A DNA stretch of 64,000 bases from Cenarchaeum sp. (lineage in GTDB: Archaea; Thermoproteota; Nitrososphaeria; Nitrososphaerales; Nitrosopumilaceae): the NCBI GenBank assembly GCA_965212015.1, contig OZ243037.1, positions 1,344,001-1,408,000 of the forward strand, written 5' to 3'. The number at the start of each line of letters is the position of its first letter. Within the stretch, counting starts at the first letter, position 1. Positions 1 through 10,102 of the stretch are shown here, one piece after another. The notes under the pieces are model-generated. The model saw nothing but the letters and a program-made list of their open reading frames with translations, did no database searches and was not told the origin of the DNA. A program made the position numbers and the translations under genes.

Positions 1-27
1 TCACGCACAAAAACCGGCGTTCTGCCG

Positions 28-65
28 TGAAACGGGCGTTTCAGATGCGTTTCAATGCGGTTTCA
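28..65. promoter_or_regulatory. Candidate operator: TGAAAC-N4-GTTTCA palindrome plus GTTTCA direct repeats at 11-bp spacing
   Basis: TGAAAC 28-33; GTTTCA at 38-43, 49-54, 60-65, upstream of the wHTH gene at 104. Confidence 0.4.
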
Positions 66-103
66 AAACGTCCCTCATTAACCAGGCCATCCTATACCAC
101 AGC

Positions 104-391
104 ATGTCAAAACAACAGTACAGATCCGAAATGGGCATCATGGGAGACATCCTGGACGTTGCAATGGATGCGGGACGAAACGGGGCAATAGTTTCTGCGA
201 TATCCCGCAGGGCGAACCTTTCCCACTATGCGGTGCTAGACAAATGCGAGAAGCTGATAAGCGCCGGCCTGGTGGAATCCCTCAAAAACGACCGGAACAG
301 GATATTTCTTATCACCGAAAAGGGACTAGAGTTCTTTCAGGAGTTCAGACGGTTCCAGAGCATAGTGGAATCCATGAACCTGAGGTACTAG
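104..391 (+). CDS. Small winged helix-turn-helix transcriptional regulator
   Basis: 95 aa; YRSEMGIMGDIL...ANLSH...L.SAGLV...ITEKGLEF pattern of archaeal wHTH proteins. Confidence 0.85.
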   Translation: MSKQQYRSEMGIMGDILDVAMDAGRNGAIVSAISRRANLSHYAVLDKCEKLISAGLVESLKNDRNRIFLITEKGLEFFQEFRRFQSIVESMNLRY

Positions 392-466
392 CGCATGGCA
401 CCAGAGACGACGCCGTACCCAGACGATGGAATGCTTTTTGTAAGGGTCGACGGCACTTTACAAATT

Positions 467-1366
467 ATGCTCAAGGCGCCACTAGTTGTAATCGGCCTGA
501 TCGCCCTGGCTTCTGCCATGCCGGCTCAAAACTCCTCGGGAATCCCCAAAAGCATGGATCTTGCCATATATCCGGACGGCCTGACCCATGTAATCACCGA
601 GTTCAAAGTCGACCCGCTACAGCCGGACTTTGAGGTGAGCCTTCCCGGCTCTACGATAGACAATTTTGTCGCAGTCGGGCAAAACGAATTTTTGCTGGCA
701 AGCCAGATAGACGGCAGCGTGGCGACGATTGAGACGCTGGGAGCTGAGCTAGTCTCCCTGCAGTATGACGTCCACGATCTGGTCTCAAAGCAGGGCAGGG
801 TCTGGAGCTTTGAGCTGGACTCTTCCTCCGGCTATTCCCTGCTCATGCCGGAGAATTCCGTCATTATAGGAATGAGCAGCCTGCCGGCAGCCATGGAGGT
901 CCTTGAGGATCGCTCAAAGCTGACCCTGAAGGAGGGCAGCATACGAATCGACTATATCTTTGGATCACAGCAGGATCCTGCGCCCTCGCAGCCTGAGGAC
1001 GGCTCGCCGATAATCGTCGGCGCCGTGATCGCAGCAGCCGCCATGGCGGGCATAATGTATTTAAGAAAAATCAGACGTGCAAAACCCATGCTTGTCTCGC
1101 CGCAATCCCCAAAACCCGTAATCCCGAACCTGCAGGCCGTCCTTGACTCCACGCCGGATCTCAGGGAGGATGACAGGGACATTGTATCGTTCATACATGA
1201 AAACGGCGGCAGTGCAAAGGAGAGCGAGCTGCGCAAAAAATTCCTGCTGCCGCGCACCACCATGTGGAGGGCAGTCAAGCGGCTTGAGAGACACGGGATT
1301 GTCGAGATAAGAAAGACAGACCTGCAAAACCTCATCATACTAAAAGAGCCGGAGGACGGGCAATGA
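467..1366 (+). CDS. Membrane-anchored protein with extracellular domain and C-terminal cytoplasmic wHTH
   Basis: Signal peptide from ATG 467 (MLKAPLVVIGLIALA), TM helix IIVGAVIAAAAMAGIMYL, C-terminal ESELRKKFLLPRTTMWRAVKRLERHGIV. Confidence 0.75.
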   Translation: MLKAPLVVIGLIALASAMPAQNSSGIPKSMDLAIYPDGLTHVITEFKVDPLQPDFEVSLPGSTIDNFVAVGQNEFLLASQIDGSVATIETLGAELVSLQYDVHDLVSKQGRVWSFELDSSSGYSLLMPENSVIIGMSSLPAAMEVLEDRSKLTLKEGSIRIDYIFGSQQDPAPSQPEDGSPIIVGAVIAAAAMAGIMYLRKIRRAKPMLVSPQSPKPVIPNLQAVLDSTPDLREDDRDIVSFIHENGGSAKESELRKKFLLPRTTMWRAVKRLERHGIVEIRKTDLQNLIILKEPEDGQ

Positions 1367-2355
1367 CGAGGGCCGTATTTCTGGGCTTGTTGCTGCTTGT
1401 ATGCGCAGCAGGCGTGCCAGGCGCCATGGCTGCGGCAGAATACGAGACCATTCTCAGAATCGCCACGCACGCACACGAGGAGATCAAGCTGCAGCTTGCG
1501 GGGACGGACGACGTTCCGGCCTCAGTCGAGACGCTGTTTCAGGACGGCGCAGGCGAGCTAGACGCGCTCAAGGCGGCCATAGAAAACGACGACGCAGAAT
1601 CCGCAGAGAGGCATTTTCTTGCAACCATGGACATATTCAAAAAGATTCCACACATGATCTCAGGCGGGGACATCCGGCATGCGGATGCCGGCATTGAACC
1701 GGATCTGAAAAGCGTCCTGGAGAGGTCCGAGCGATTCATCACAAAGCTGAAAAACATAGCCGTCACGCACGGCATTGATGCGGATTTCTCGCAGCTCGAC
1801 GGGCTGCTAGGCCTGGCACAACAGCAGGTTGGCCGGGGTGACGGCGAGGGCGCCGTGGCGTCGATTGCCGAAATCAACGCGCTGTTGCCAGACATAGAGT
1901 CCAAGCTGGAGGAATCCTCCCAGCAAAGGGCGTCTGACCGCGCAAAGACGTTTGCACAGCAGTATGTCGACACGCTAGACAAGATAATAGCCGACGCAGA
2001 GGAGCTGGGATACTATTCCATAGTAGACAAGCTAGAGTCCGCCAAGGAAAAGCTCTCGCAATCCTCGGATCCCAGGCTGATAATCGATGAAATCAAACAA
2101 GTCCTCTCAATCAAAGAGCAGCTTGACTTGTCGCAGTTCGAGGTAATGCTGTCGCGCGCAGTCCAGATAGACCGGGATCTTGACGTGCTACAGTCCATAG
2201 ACGGGGTTGATTACGAGGCGACCCTGGCCGCAAAAAAGATGATCGACGAGCTGCGGGCGCACATTGACGAGGGAAGCTATGACGAGGCCCAGTCCCTCCT
2301 GACGATACTGGAGGATCACCTGGATGACATTTTGAACCCCGGCATGGACAATTGA
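1363..2355 (+). CDS. Secreted alpha-helical hypothetical protein
   Basis: Signal peptide, acidic helical repeats, ATGA overlap with upstream gene. Confidence 0.7.
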   Translation: MTRAVFLGLLLLVCAAGVPGAMAAAEYETILRIATHAHEEIKLQLAGTDDVPASVETLFQDGAGELDALKAAIENDDAESAERHFLATMDIFKKIPHMISGGDIRHADAGIEPDLKSVLERSERFITKLKNIAVTHGIDADFSQLDGLLGLAQQQVGRGDGEGAVASIAEINALLPDIESKLEESSQQRASDRAKTFAQQYVDTLDKIIADAEELGYYSIVDKLESAKEKLSQSSDPRLIIDEIKQVLSIKEQLDLSQFEVMLSRAVQIDRDLDVLQSIDGVDYEATLAAKKMIDELRAHIDEGSYDEAQSLLTILEDHLDDILNPGMDN

Positions 2356-2455
2356 CAAGTCCTACGCACGTCTTATATCCAAACCACGCAAAGCGACTGC
2401 ATGCAAGAACAAAAACTGCTCGCCCGTACCGGAAATCAGATCGACTGGCAGGACA

Positions 2456-3772
2456 TCAGGGGGCTGTGCTGGATGTTTTACGGGTCTGACGACGGGGAAT
2501 AGAACCGTCCAAAGCCAGGCTCCCCACGTCCCGGGCGCTATAGAGCCTTTCAACCTCCCGCACTATCATGCCTGCAATCATTTCCTTTCTGTGCCACCCG
2601 GACCAGTGCCTTCCGGACCGGCTTGCAATCAGCACCTCGTTGTTGTGGGGGTTTTTCCTGTACCTGGCAGTCCCCACGTCGTTTGCCACGATCATGTCGG
2701 CCTTTGCGTCGCGCATCTTTTTTAGCGCCCTTGACTCGAGCTCTTTTCTTGAAACCCCGGCCTCGGCCTTGAAGCCCACTAGCAGCGTGTCGTTTTGAAT
2801 CCCCCTGATGCCGTCTATTATTTTTGGCGTCCGTGCAAACGTCAGGCGCAGCTCCCCCCGGCTGCTTATCTTGGTTCGTCTGGGATTCCTTACCGTATAG
2901 TCAGACACGGCTGCCGCCATGATTACGACGTCAAACCTGTTTTTCATCTCTTTTTTCACTGCGGCCAGCATCTCCTGCGCTGTTCTGACGTGCACGTGCC
3001 TTGCCCCGGCTGGGGCCTCTTTTGCGCCCAGGCCGTAAATCAGGGTTACATTCGCCCCGGCAGAGAGCATCCCTTTTGCCAGCAGGACGCCTGTCTCCCC
3101 CGTGCTCTGGTTGGTAATCACGCGTATGGGATCTATTGGCTCTGCAGTAGAGCCGGCGGTAATCAGGATGCTCTTGCCGCCCAGGACAGAAGAGTATCCG
3201 AACCGTTTTAGCACATAGTCTAGCACGTCTCCGGGCTCTCCTGCCTTGGCCTTTCCCTCCATTACCTGCGGCAGAAAAAACTCAATCTTGTCTTTTAGGA
3301 ACCTCATGTTTTTTCTTACCGCGGCATTGCCGTACATTGCCGCATGCATGGCAAGACACATCACGATGGGCGTCTTTGAGCCAAGCCCGACGGTAAGCAC
3401 AGTCGAGACCGGCGTGTCGTCGATGCCGTTGGCAAGCTTGCCAAGCGTGTTGGCAGTTGCCGGATAGACGATGATCAGATCCGATCTTCCATAGTCTGCC
3501 AGATCAATGTGCTCGAGCTTTCCTGTAAGCTTTGTCACCACGTCGTTGCCCGTGGCCCACTTGAAATAGTCGGCCCGGATAAGCTTTAGTACGGCGCTGC
3601 TTGCGACGCATCTTACGTCTGCGCCGTGGCGCATCAGCAGCCTTGAGAGCTCGATTGCCCTGTATGCGGCGACGCTTCCTGCCACGCACAAGACTATTCT
3701 TTTGCCTGAGAGCTCCGCCCCGTGCGATCCCGCAATGTCCTGCGACGGATGCCCCCTAGCTCCTGCCGCCAA
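2456..3772 (-). CDS. coaBC: Phosphopantothenoylcysteine decarboxylase/ligase
   Basis: GSVAAY, PATANTLGKLANGIDD, ITAGSTAEPIDPIRVITNQSTG, AAVSDY, VGFKAE motifs. Confidence 0.95.
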   Translation of the reverse strand: MAAGARGHPSQDIAGSHGAELSGKRIVLCVAGSVAAYRAIELSRLLMRHGADVRCVASSAVLKLIRADYFKWATGNDVVTKLTGKLEHIDLADYGRSDLIIVYPATANTLGKLANGIDDTPVSTVLTVGLGSKTPIVMCLAMHAAMYGNAAVRKNMRFLKDKIEFFLPQVMEGKAKAGEPGDVLDYVLKRFGYSSVLGGKSILITAGSTAEPIDPIRVITNQSTGETGVLLAKGMLSAGANVTLIYGLGAKEAPAGARHVHVRTAQEMLAAVKKEMKNRFDVVIMAAAVSDYTVRNPRRTKISSRGELRLTFARTPKIIDGIRGIQNDTLLVGFKAEAGVSRKELESRALKKMRDAKADMIVANDVGTARYRKNPHNNEVLIASRSGRHWSGWHRKEMIAGMIVREVERLYSARDVGSLALDGSIPRRQTRKTSSTAP

Positions 3773-4601
3773 TACTATTCTCCAATTCCTCCAGCTCGTC
3801 TTTGTCCATTGAAAACCAGTTCTCCCCGCCGGGAAACTTTCCCGTCCTTACCTCGCTTATGTAGCCTCCCACGGCGCCGGTGATCTCATCGGACAGATTC
3901 AGGTATCTTTTTGCAAACTTTGGCCTTATCCTGTCGTACATTCCGAGCAGATCCTGTGCCACGAGAACCTGCCCGTCACAGCCCGCACCTGAGCCTATCC
4001 CTATGGTGGGAATCTCCACGGAATCCGTGATTATCCTGGCGACCTCGTGCGCCACCATCTCCAGCGTGATGCTAAACGCGCCTGCCTCCTCCAGCTTTTT
4101 TGCATCCCGGATCAGCCCCAGTGCAGAGTCCCTTGTCCTGCCCTGCACCCTGTAGCCCTCTGACAGCCCTGCGGTCTGCGGCTGCAGTCCAATGTGCCCC
4201 ATTACCGGAATTCCGACTTTGACAATCTCGCCTACGGTTCCTGACATGGAACTGCCGCCCTCGAGCTTTACTGCGTCGGCACCTGCCCGGACCAGCCTGC
4301 CTGAATTCCTGATTGCGTCATCGACGCTTGCCTGGTACGACATGAACGGCAGGTCCCCCACGACTAGCGAGTTTTTCCTTCCGCGGCACACCGCCTCTGT
4401 AAACATGCACATCTGATCCATGGTTACCGACGTGGTGTCTGCGCGGCCAAGCATCACCATGCCTGCGCTGTCGCCTACAAGAATCACGTCTATTCCGGCC
4501 CTGTCGCAGAGTGCCGCCATCGTATAGTCATAGCTGGTCAGCACGGAGATCCTGCTGCCTGCCTTTTTCATCTGCACTATGTCGCCTGCCGTCTTATGCA
4601 A
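3756..4601 (-). CDS. panB: Ketopantoate hydroxymethyltransferase
   Basis: LTSYDY, LVGDSAGMV, GDLPFMSY, VKLEGG, GHIGLQPQ, CDGQVLV; start set at TTG 4601. Confidence 0.95.
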   Translation of the reverse strand: MHKTAGDIVQMKKAGSRISVLTSYDYTMAALCDRAGIDVILVGDSAGMVMLGRADTTSVTMDQMCMFTEAVCRGRKNSLVVGDLPFMSYQASVDDAIRNSGRLVRAGADAVKLEGGSSMSGTVGEIVKVGIPVMGHIGLQPQTAGLSEGYRVQGRTRDSALGLIRDAKKLEEAGAFSITLEMVAHEVARIITDSVEIPTIGIGSGAGCDGQVLVAQDLLGMYDRIRPKFAKRYLNLSDEITGAVGGYISEVRTGKFPGGENWFSMDKDELEELENSIGGRS

Positions 4602-5358
4602 TTCTTGCCCTCCCGGCGAGGTTGGCCCTAATCTCCCTGATGCTTGATGCCAGGTTTTTTCCGTTATCAAAACAGTCCACTATTTTTTCCAGCTCGCGCC
4701 CGCTCTTTTTGGAATATGTACCTGCCATGCGCACCAGCACCCCCATCCCCCTCGTTATATTGTCCACGATTGAGACGCTGGCCGTCTGCGAGGTCCTTGA
4801 GAGGGGGTTGAGATCAAACGTTATGACTTTTTTGCCCGCCCCTACCAGCGCGGCCGTCCTGTCCCCGTCCTCCAGGGGAACCAGTACCACGTCGGCACAA
4901 AAAATGCCGTCCGCATCAACAAACCTGCGCGCCGAGTCCGTTCCGGAAAGACGCCTCGATGACTTTGGATTCGTTCCCAGAACGCGTCTGGCGCCGTGTT
5001 TTTTTAGCGCCGCCGCAACGTCGCGCATTCTTTTTGCGCTGGAATAAAACAGGTTCACCTCTATTTGCGCCCCGACTGACTCTGAGAGCTCTATAATCTC
5101 GCCGGGACACAATGCTGCCACGTTGCCGTTGACTGAAATCACGGGTCTTTGTGCCAGCAGCAGCATGGCAGCTGCTGCACCGAGCGCCTTTTTGGCCGCA
5201 CTCCCGGTGCTCTCGCCTAGCAGATAGTCAAAGGCCTCTCCGCGTCCGTGGGCCAGCAGTCCCTCCCTTGCAACCAGGCCGCAGTCAAATCCCCTGACCA
5301 GCCTCTCCCTTGTCTGCAGGGATTCGAATCTGGGATGGGTTTTGGGAATTACAGTCAT
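4594..5358 (-). CDS. Archaeal phosphopantothenate synthetase (PPS)
   Basis: IPKTHPR, AHGRGEAFDYLLGE, ISVNGNVAAL, VPLEDGDR, DLNPLSRT. Confidence 0.93.
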   Translation of the reverse strand: MTVIPKTHPRFESLQTRERLVRGFDCGLVAREGLLAHGRGEAFDYLLGESTGSAAKKALGAAAAMLLLAQRPVISVNGNVAALCPGEIIELSESVGAQIEVNLFYSSAKRMRDVAAALKKHGARRVLGTNPKSSRRLSGTDSARRFVDADGIFCADVVLVPLEDGDRTAALVGAGKKVITFDLNPLSRTSQTASVSIVDNITRGMGVLVRMAGTYSKKSGRELEKIVDCFDNGKNLASSIREIRANLAGRARIA

Positions 5359-6251
5359 TTCCAGCTCTGCACTGTGGCACCGTCATTATCAATCTCCGAG
5401 TTTATGACAATGCCCTCCGGGTATCCCCTTAAAACCTCCAGCACCACACCCTCCATCTCTTTTGGAACCAGCGTAAAGACGGTCTCGCCGAACAATGCCA
5501 CCCCGCATCTCACCGAGATGTCCCTCAGCTCGCCTATCACGGAATTCATCTTTGGCGTCATCACCTTTACGTATCGCGCAAATTCCAGCGACATGTCATG
5601 AAAGTCGTCATAGCTTCTCGAGCGGGCCAGCCTTGAGACCATCTTGCCGCCAAGGCCGTTTATCAGCTCCATCCTCTCGTCCATGAACTTTCTAGTGGAT
5701 ATGGGCGAAAAACAGATCAGGATTGCCCTTCTGTCGGACTCTATCTTTTCTAGCCTGCCTATTCCCGGCGCCCCCGGCCTGGTTCTTATCTCAAAGCCGC
5801 CGTGGTACGACGCCAGCACGTCGCCCAGCCCCGTCTTGCAGCCAAGCTCCGCACAGTGTGCCACCTGCCCGACCTCCTCCCTTGACAGGCCGGTGCCCAG
5901 CGCAGAATCCAGCGCCATTGCCAGCGATAGCGCCACTGCGCCGCTGCATCCCAGGCCGTATCCCACGGGCACGGATATCTCGTGCTCTATATCGACAAAA
6001 TACTTTTTCCCGGTCATCTTGAAGAACTCGCCAATGACACACTCTGAGACCCGCGTATCATCCGGCCTGTATCCTGATATGTATATTCTGTGGCCCGCCT
6101 TGCTCGAGGGGGATGCCCGAACCCCAGTCACCACGCCCTCACGCATCGAAAAGCCCGCACCAAGCGAGCCGAGTTTTCTGGGATCCCGCTCCCCTGTCTC
6201 TGCCTTGAAGAACCCCGTGACATGCGCGGGGCAAAACGCCATTCCTCTCAT
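5355..6251 (-). CDS. Archaeal pantoate kinase (GHMP family)
   Basis: PAHVTGFF, GSLGAG, PVGYGLGCSGA, TGLGDV; lies in the CoA cluster. Confidence 0.92.
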   Translation of the reverse strand: MRGMAFCPAHVTGFFKAETGERDPRKLGSLGAGFSMREGVVTGVRASPSSKAGHRIYISGYRPDDTRVSECVIGEFFKMTGKKYFVDIEHEISVPVGYGLGCSGAVALSLAMALDSALGTGLSREEVGQVAHCAELGCKTGLGDVLASYHGGFEIRTRPGAPGIGRLEKIESDRRAILICFSPISTRKFMDERMELINGLGGKMVSRLARSRSYDDFHDMSLEFARYVKVMTPKMNSVIGELRDISVRCGVALFGETVFTLVPKEMEGVVLEVLRGYPEGIVINSEIDNDGATVQSWK

Positions 6252-6316
6252 TGATCTAAATTTAAATTTCTAGGAAAATATAAAAATATGGCTTAAATAA
6301 TATAAATCGGTATAAA

Positions 6317-7303
6317 TTGACTAAATACGTTCGACGCCTACAACGCATAGGCAGCAGCACGCTGGTAACGCTGCCAAAGGACTGGGTGGACTCTAACGGC
6401 CTGACAAAAAACGCCGAGGTGGAGCTGGATACGGGGCAGAACTCTGTCACGATAACGCCGAATCAAAAGTCAAAGCCGGCCAAGGAGATTACGATATCGT
6501 ATCCGCTGCCGCCCGACGAGAACATTGCAGCCGACCTGACTGGCGCATACCTGCTAGGATACGACGTCATCAACATCAAGAGCAGGACATCCATTCCCGT
6601 CGGCGACAGGGAAAAAATCAGAAACTCCATGCGCAGGCTGGTTGGAATGGAGATCATCGAGGAGGACTCGACTGCGATAAATATGCAGTTTCTGCTAGAC
6701 GCCGTCACGCTAAACCCGCAAAAAATCCTCAAAAGGATAGGCAACATTGTGCTGGGAATGTACGGCGACATTACATCCGGGCTGATAGACGGCGACAAGT
6801 CAAACCTCCGCACCATATCTGACAGGGACAACGAGGTAAACAGGCAGTACTTTTTACTGGTCCGGCTGATAAGGAGCACCATGATCGACAGGAGGCTGGC
6901 AAACGCCTTCAATCTTGAAAACATAGACGTGCTTGACTACAGGATTGCGGCAAACCTGCTAGAGCGCGCAGGCGACACCATAGTGGAGCTTTCCAACTCG
7001 GTCTATTCGACGACGGTCCCAAAGTCGTACCTCAAAAAGATCCACGGCATTGCCAAAAACCTGGAACCGATGGGGACAAAGATAATCGACGCCTTTATCA
7101 ACAACGACCGCAAGCTGGCCATCGAGTCAATTGCGCTGCACAAGGCATTCGAGGGGCGCATACAGCTCATAAAGTCGTCGCTTGAAAACAAAAAGCAGAT
7201 CCCGATTGACTATCTTGACCTGGTCTACACGTTTGAGCGCGTCGAGCGCTCCTGGGCGGACATTGCCGATCTTGTAAAGCCGACATACTCCACTCAGACC
7301 TGA
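6317..7303 (+). CDS. AbrB-PhoU family phosphate uptake regulator
   Basis: N-terminal RRLQRIGSSTLVTLPKDW (AbrB-like); PhoU repeats DNEVNRQYFL, LERAGD. Confidence 0.85.
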   Translation: MTKYVRRLQRIGSSTLVTLPKDWVDSNGLTKNAEVELDTGQNSVTITPNQKSKPAKEITISYPLPPDENIAADLTGAYLLGYDVINIKSRTSIPVGDREKIRNSMRRLVGMEIIEEDSTAINMQFLLDAVTLNPQKILKRIGNIVLGMYGDITSGLIDGDKSNLRTISDRDNEVNRQYFLLVRLIRSTMIDRRLANAFNLENIDVLDYRIAANLLERAGDTIVELSNSVYSTTVPKSYLKKIHGIAKNLEPMGTKIIDAFINNDRKLAIESIALHKAFEGRIQLIKSSLENKKQIPIDYLDLVYTFERVERSWADIADLVKPTYSTQT

Positions 7304-7809
7304 ATCTTTTCCCTGGCGGCATACGTCAGAACCGCGCAGATTGTCTTCGAGTCTGCTATCTTGCCGGACTTTATCATGCCGACAAGCCTGCCCAGGCTCA
7401 TCTTGACTACCGTGATGAACTCGTCGCAGTCAGGATTAATCTCCGAGACCCTGGCTAGTCCTGAGGCCACATAGCAGTGTATGACCTCCGTATTGTAGCC
7501 AATGGAGGGATAGTACGACAGAAAATGCGTCATCTTTTTGGCCCTGTATCCGGTCTCCTCCTGCATCTCCCTAAAGGCGCATTCCTTTGGATCCTCGCCC
7601 TCCTCTAGCGTTCCTGCGGGAATCTCTAGCACACGGCCGTGGGGAAACCTGTGCTGTCTTACCAGGATTATCCTGTCCTTCTCATCAAAGCCGATGATCG
7701 CAGCGGCCCCCCTGTGCTCTATCATCTCCCTTTTCACCCTCCTGCCCTGAATCCTCACGTCATGTATGCTAAAGTCCAGAATTTTTCCGCTATAGATCTT
7801 TTTTTTCAC
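7294..7809 (-). CDS. NUDIX hydrolase (ADP-ribose pyrophosphatase-like)
   Basis: Nudix box EIPAGTLEEGEDPKECAFREMQEETG. Confidence 0.9.
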   Translation of the reverse strand: MKKKIYSGKILDFSIHDVRIQGRRVKREMIEHRGAAAIIGFDEKDRIILVRQHRFPHGRVLEIPAGTLEEGEDPKECAFREMQEETGYRAKKMTHFLSYYPSIGYNTEVIHCYVASGLARVSEINPDCDEFITVVKMSLGRLVGMIKSGKIADSKTICAVLTYAAREKIQV

Positions 7810-7834
7810 GACCGGCGTATGCCGGATGACAATA

Positions 7835-8737
7835 TTAGTTTACTTGGTACGACAGGTGCAGTGTCGGGGACTTTACCGCATCAAGGACCGCGCCTTTAAT
7901 CCACTCTTGCGGAAAAAAGATCTTTTTGGGGATAAACAGGTCAGTCGAGCCCACGCCCGGCACGTCCCTTACCTTCTGTGTCAGGTCGTCAAGCCCGAAT
8001 ATGTCGTCGCTGTACATGAGCAGCGCGATCTGATCCTCTGCAATATATGGGGCCTGCAGGAAATTCCCCGCGAATTTTTTCTTCAGCCTCTTGATGGTCT
8101 CTTTTGTATCGCGCGCAATCCGGGTCAGGATCACGTGCGGTATATAGCCGGTCATCCTGGTAGGATCATATACCAGCGTGAACTGGACTGCGTCGTTTTT
8201 TTGCATCTTTTCTATGGATCTTGCAACCGTCTTTGTCGACAGGCTGATCTTTTTTGCAAGCGTTTCTATCTTTTGCCTCGGATTGTCCATCAGCCCGCTT
8301 ACTATCACAATGTCCGTCTTTGTCAGGCTTGTATATCCGCCGGAATCCCCGGCCTCAAAAACATTAAGCACCATTACGTCCTTCATCAGCCCCTCTGCAA
8401 TCTTTATCTTTTGGCGCACGTCTTCTTTTACCACTATTCCGCATATCGTTATCCCGCCCACGCACGGAACTATCATGAATGGCTGGCCCACCAGTCTTAC
8501 CTGCTTTAGTATGGCGTCATGATCCCGCCCCGTCACGACGATATAGAAAACCCCGTAGCCCAGAAGGGGCGGCTCTATCCTCAGGGTGAAATATTCAATG
8601 ACCCTGCCCTTTTGCATTTTTTTTATCCTGGCATTTACCGCACTGCCAGAGATGCCCAGATGTCTTCCAATCTGCCTGTCTGATTCCCTACAATTGTTCA
8701 ACAGCCTGCCGAGAATCCGCATATCTAAACTGTCCAA
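7835..8737 (-). CDS. Lrp/AsnC family regulator with duplicated HTH-RAM units
   Basis: MDSLDMRIL...LGISGSAVNARIKKM and a second LTKTDIVIV...LSTKTVARSIEKM. Confidence 0.8.
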   Translation of the reverse strand: MDSLDMRILGRLLNNCRESDRQIGRHLGISGSAVNARIKKMQKGRVIEYFTLRIEPPLLGYGVFYIVVTGRDHDAILKQVRLVGQPFMIVPCVGGITICGIVVKEDVRQKIKIAEGLMKDVMVLNVFEAGDSGGYTSLTKTDIVIVSGLMDNPRQKIETLAKKISLSTKTVARSIEKMQKNDAVQFTLVYDPTRMTGYIPHVILTRIARDTKETIKRLKKKFAGNFLQAPYIAEDQIALLMYSDDIFGLDDLTQKVRDVPGVGSTDLFIPKKIFFPQEWIKGAVLDAVKSPTLHLSYQVN

Positions 8738-8914
8738 TCTAATGCCTCGATATCCATTTTATGATTCATTATCTACTTATAATATATAAAAATGTCGTGA
8801 ATATATATTATTTCCAGTTTAATGGATCATTTTATACTTTAATACCATAAAAATCTCTTATATGCTACTATTTGGCATGATATACCTTATATATAAGACT
8901 ATTTTATACAAGGC

Positions 8915-10102
8915 ATGGAATACCGGCTTAATCTGGCCAAAAGAATGCTGTTCAACAAAAAGGGAAGCCTGATCGGGGCGGTGCTTGCCGTGATGATTGG
9001 AATACTGGTAATTCATGTCAACTTTGTAATATTTCAGGGCCTGTTTGATGCCATAGTCCGCGATCTCACAGATTACAGGTTTGGAAACATCTCAGTTACG
9101 GACGACGAGGACTATATTGACAAGTCTGACCTGTCGCTGGTCAGCTGGTTTGAAAGGATACCGTACGTCGAGGCGGCAACGCCCCGGCTGTCTTCAACAG
9201 CCGCCATCAACATAACAAAGTCCGGACAGCGAATAGAGGAGACGCGAATTCCCATAGTGGGAGTGGATCCCCTCAGGGATATCAGGACGTCTACCGTTCA
9301 CACCACCGTAACGGAAGGACAGTTTGTCTTTTCCAGAAACTCCATCGTGTTAGGCTCCAACGTGGCAGAAGACCTCGGGGGTGCTACAGTCGGCGACAGC
9401 GTACAGGTAGGGGTGGTAGACAGGGGCGGCGAGGATCAGATCAGGCGGTTTGTCGTGACCGGGATTGCAAAATCCCCGGGCGGGCAGGGTTTTGACTATA
9501 GCGTAGTAGTTCACATTGATACCCTGCGCGGCATGCTGGACAGACCGGGCGACACGGGATCCATAATGGTAAAGCTAAACGATCCGGCCAAGGCAGAGGA
9601 AGTCAGGGACTTTTTTTTGGCGGCGTTTCCAAACGACGACTTTATCGCAGAGACGATAGAGGAGGCCGCAGAAGAACAGCTAGAGGGCTTTAGATCCGGG
9701 ATTGCCCTGATAAACCTGATAGGGTATTTCGGCATGATGTCCTCTGCGTTTGCGATTGTGACAATACAGATGATGCTGGTAACCGGAAAAACAAGGGAGA
9801 TCGGGGTGATGCGCGCCATAGGGGCGCGCAGAAAGGACATACTGATCATATTTCTCTTCCAGGGAATGATCATCGGGGTCATAGGCGCGGGGGTCGGAAC
9901 CGCAGCTGGCCTTGGATACACGTTTTATGCAAAGGAGGCAAAGCTGTCGTTTAGCGGAAGCCTGCCGCTGGAGGTGACCTACGACTGGGCAAAGATCATC
10001 CAGACTGCGCTGACATCGTTTGGCCTGGCAATACTGGCATCGCTTTATCCCTCGTACAGGGCGACGCGGTTGTTGCCGGTGGAGGCGATGCGCAATGTCT
10101 AG
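8915..10102 (+). CDS. MacB/LolE-type ABC transporter permease
   Basis: N-terminal TM, large extracellular domain, KTREIGVMRAIGARRKDI FtsX motif, PVEAMR ending. Confidence 0.9.
   Translation: MEYRLNLAKRMLFNKKGSLIGAVLAVMIGILVIHVNFVIFQGLFDAIVRDLTDYRFGNISVTDDEDYIDKSDLSLVSWFERIPYVEAATPRLSSTAAINITKSGQRIEETRIPIVGVDPLRDIRTSTVHTTVTEGQFVFSRNSIVLGSNVAEDLGGATVGDSVQVGVVDRGGEDQIRRFVVTGIAKSPGGQGFDYSVVVHIDTLRGMLDRPGDTGSIMVKLNDPAKAEEVRDFFLAAFPNDDFIAETIEEAAEEQLEGFRSGIALINLIGYFGMMSSAFAIVTIQMMLVTGKTREIGVMRAIGARRKDILIIFLFQGMIIGVIGAGVGTAAGLGYTFYAKEAKLSFSGSLPLEVTYDWAKIIQTALTSFGLAILASLYPSYRATRLLPVEAMRNV

Noticed and set aside
2456-2545. C-terminal extension of CoaBC
   Set aside because: Low-information tail, probably stop-codon drift; no domain evident
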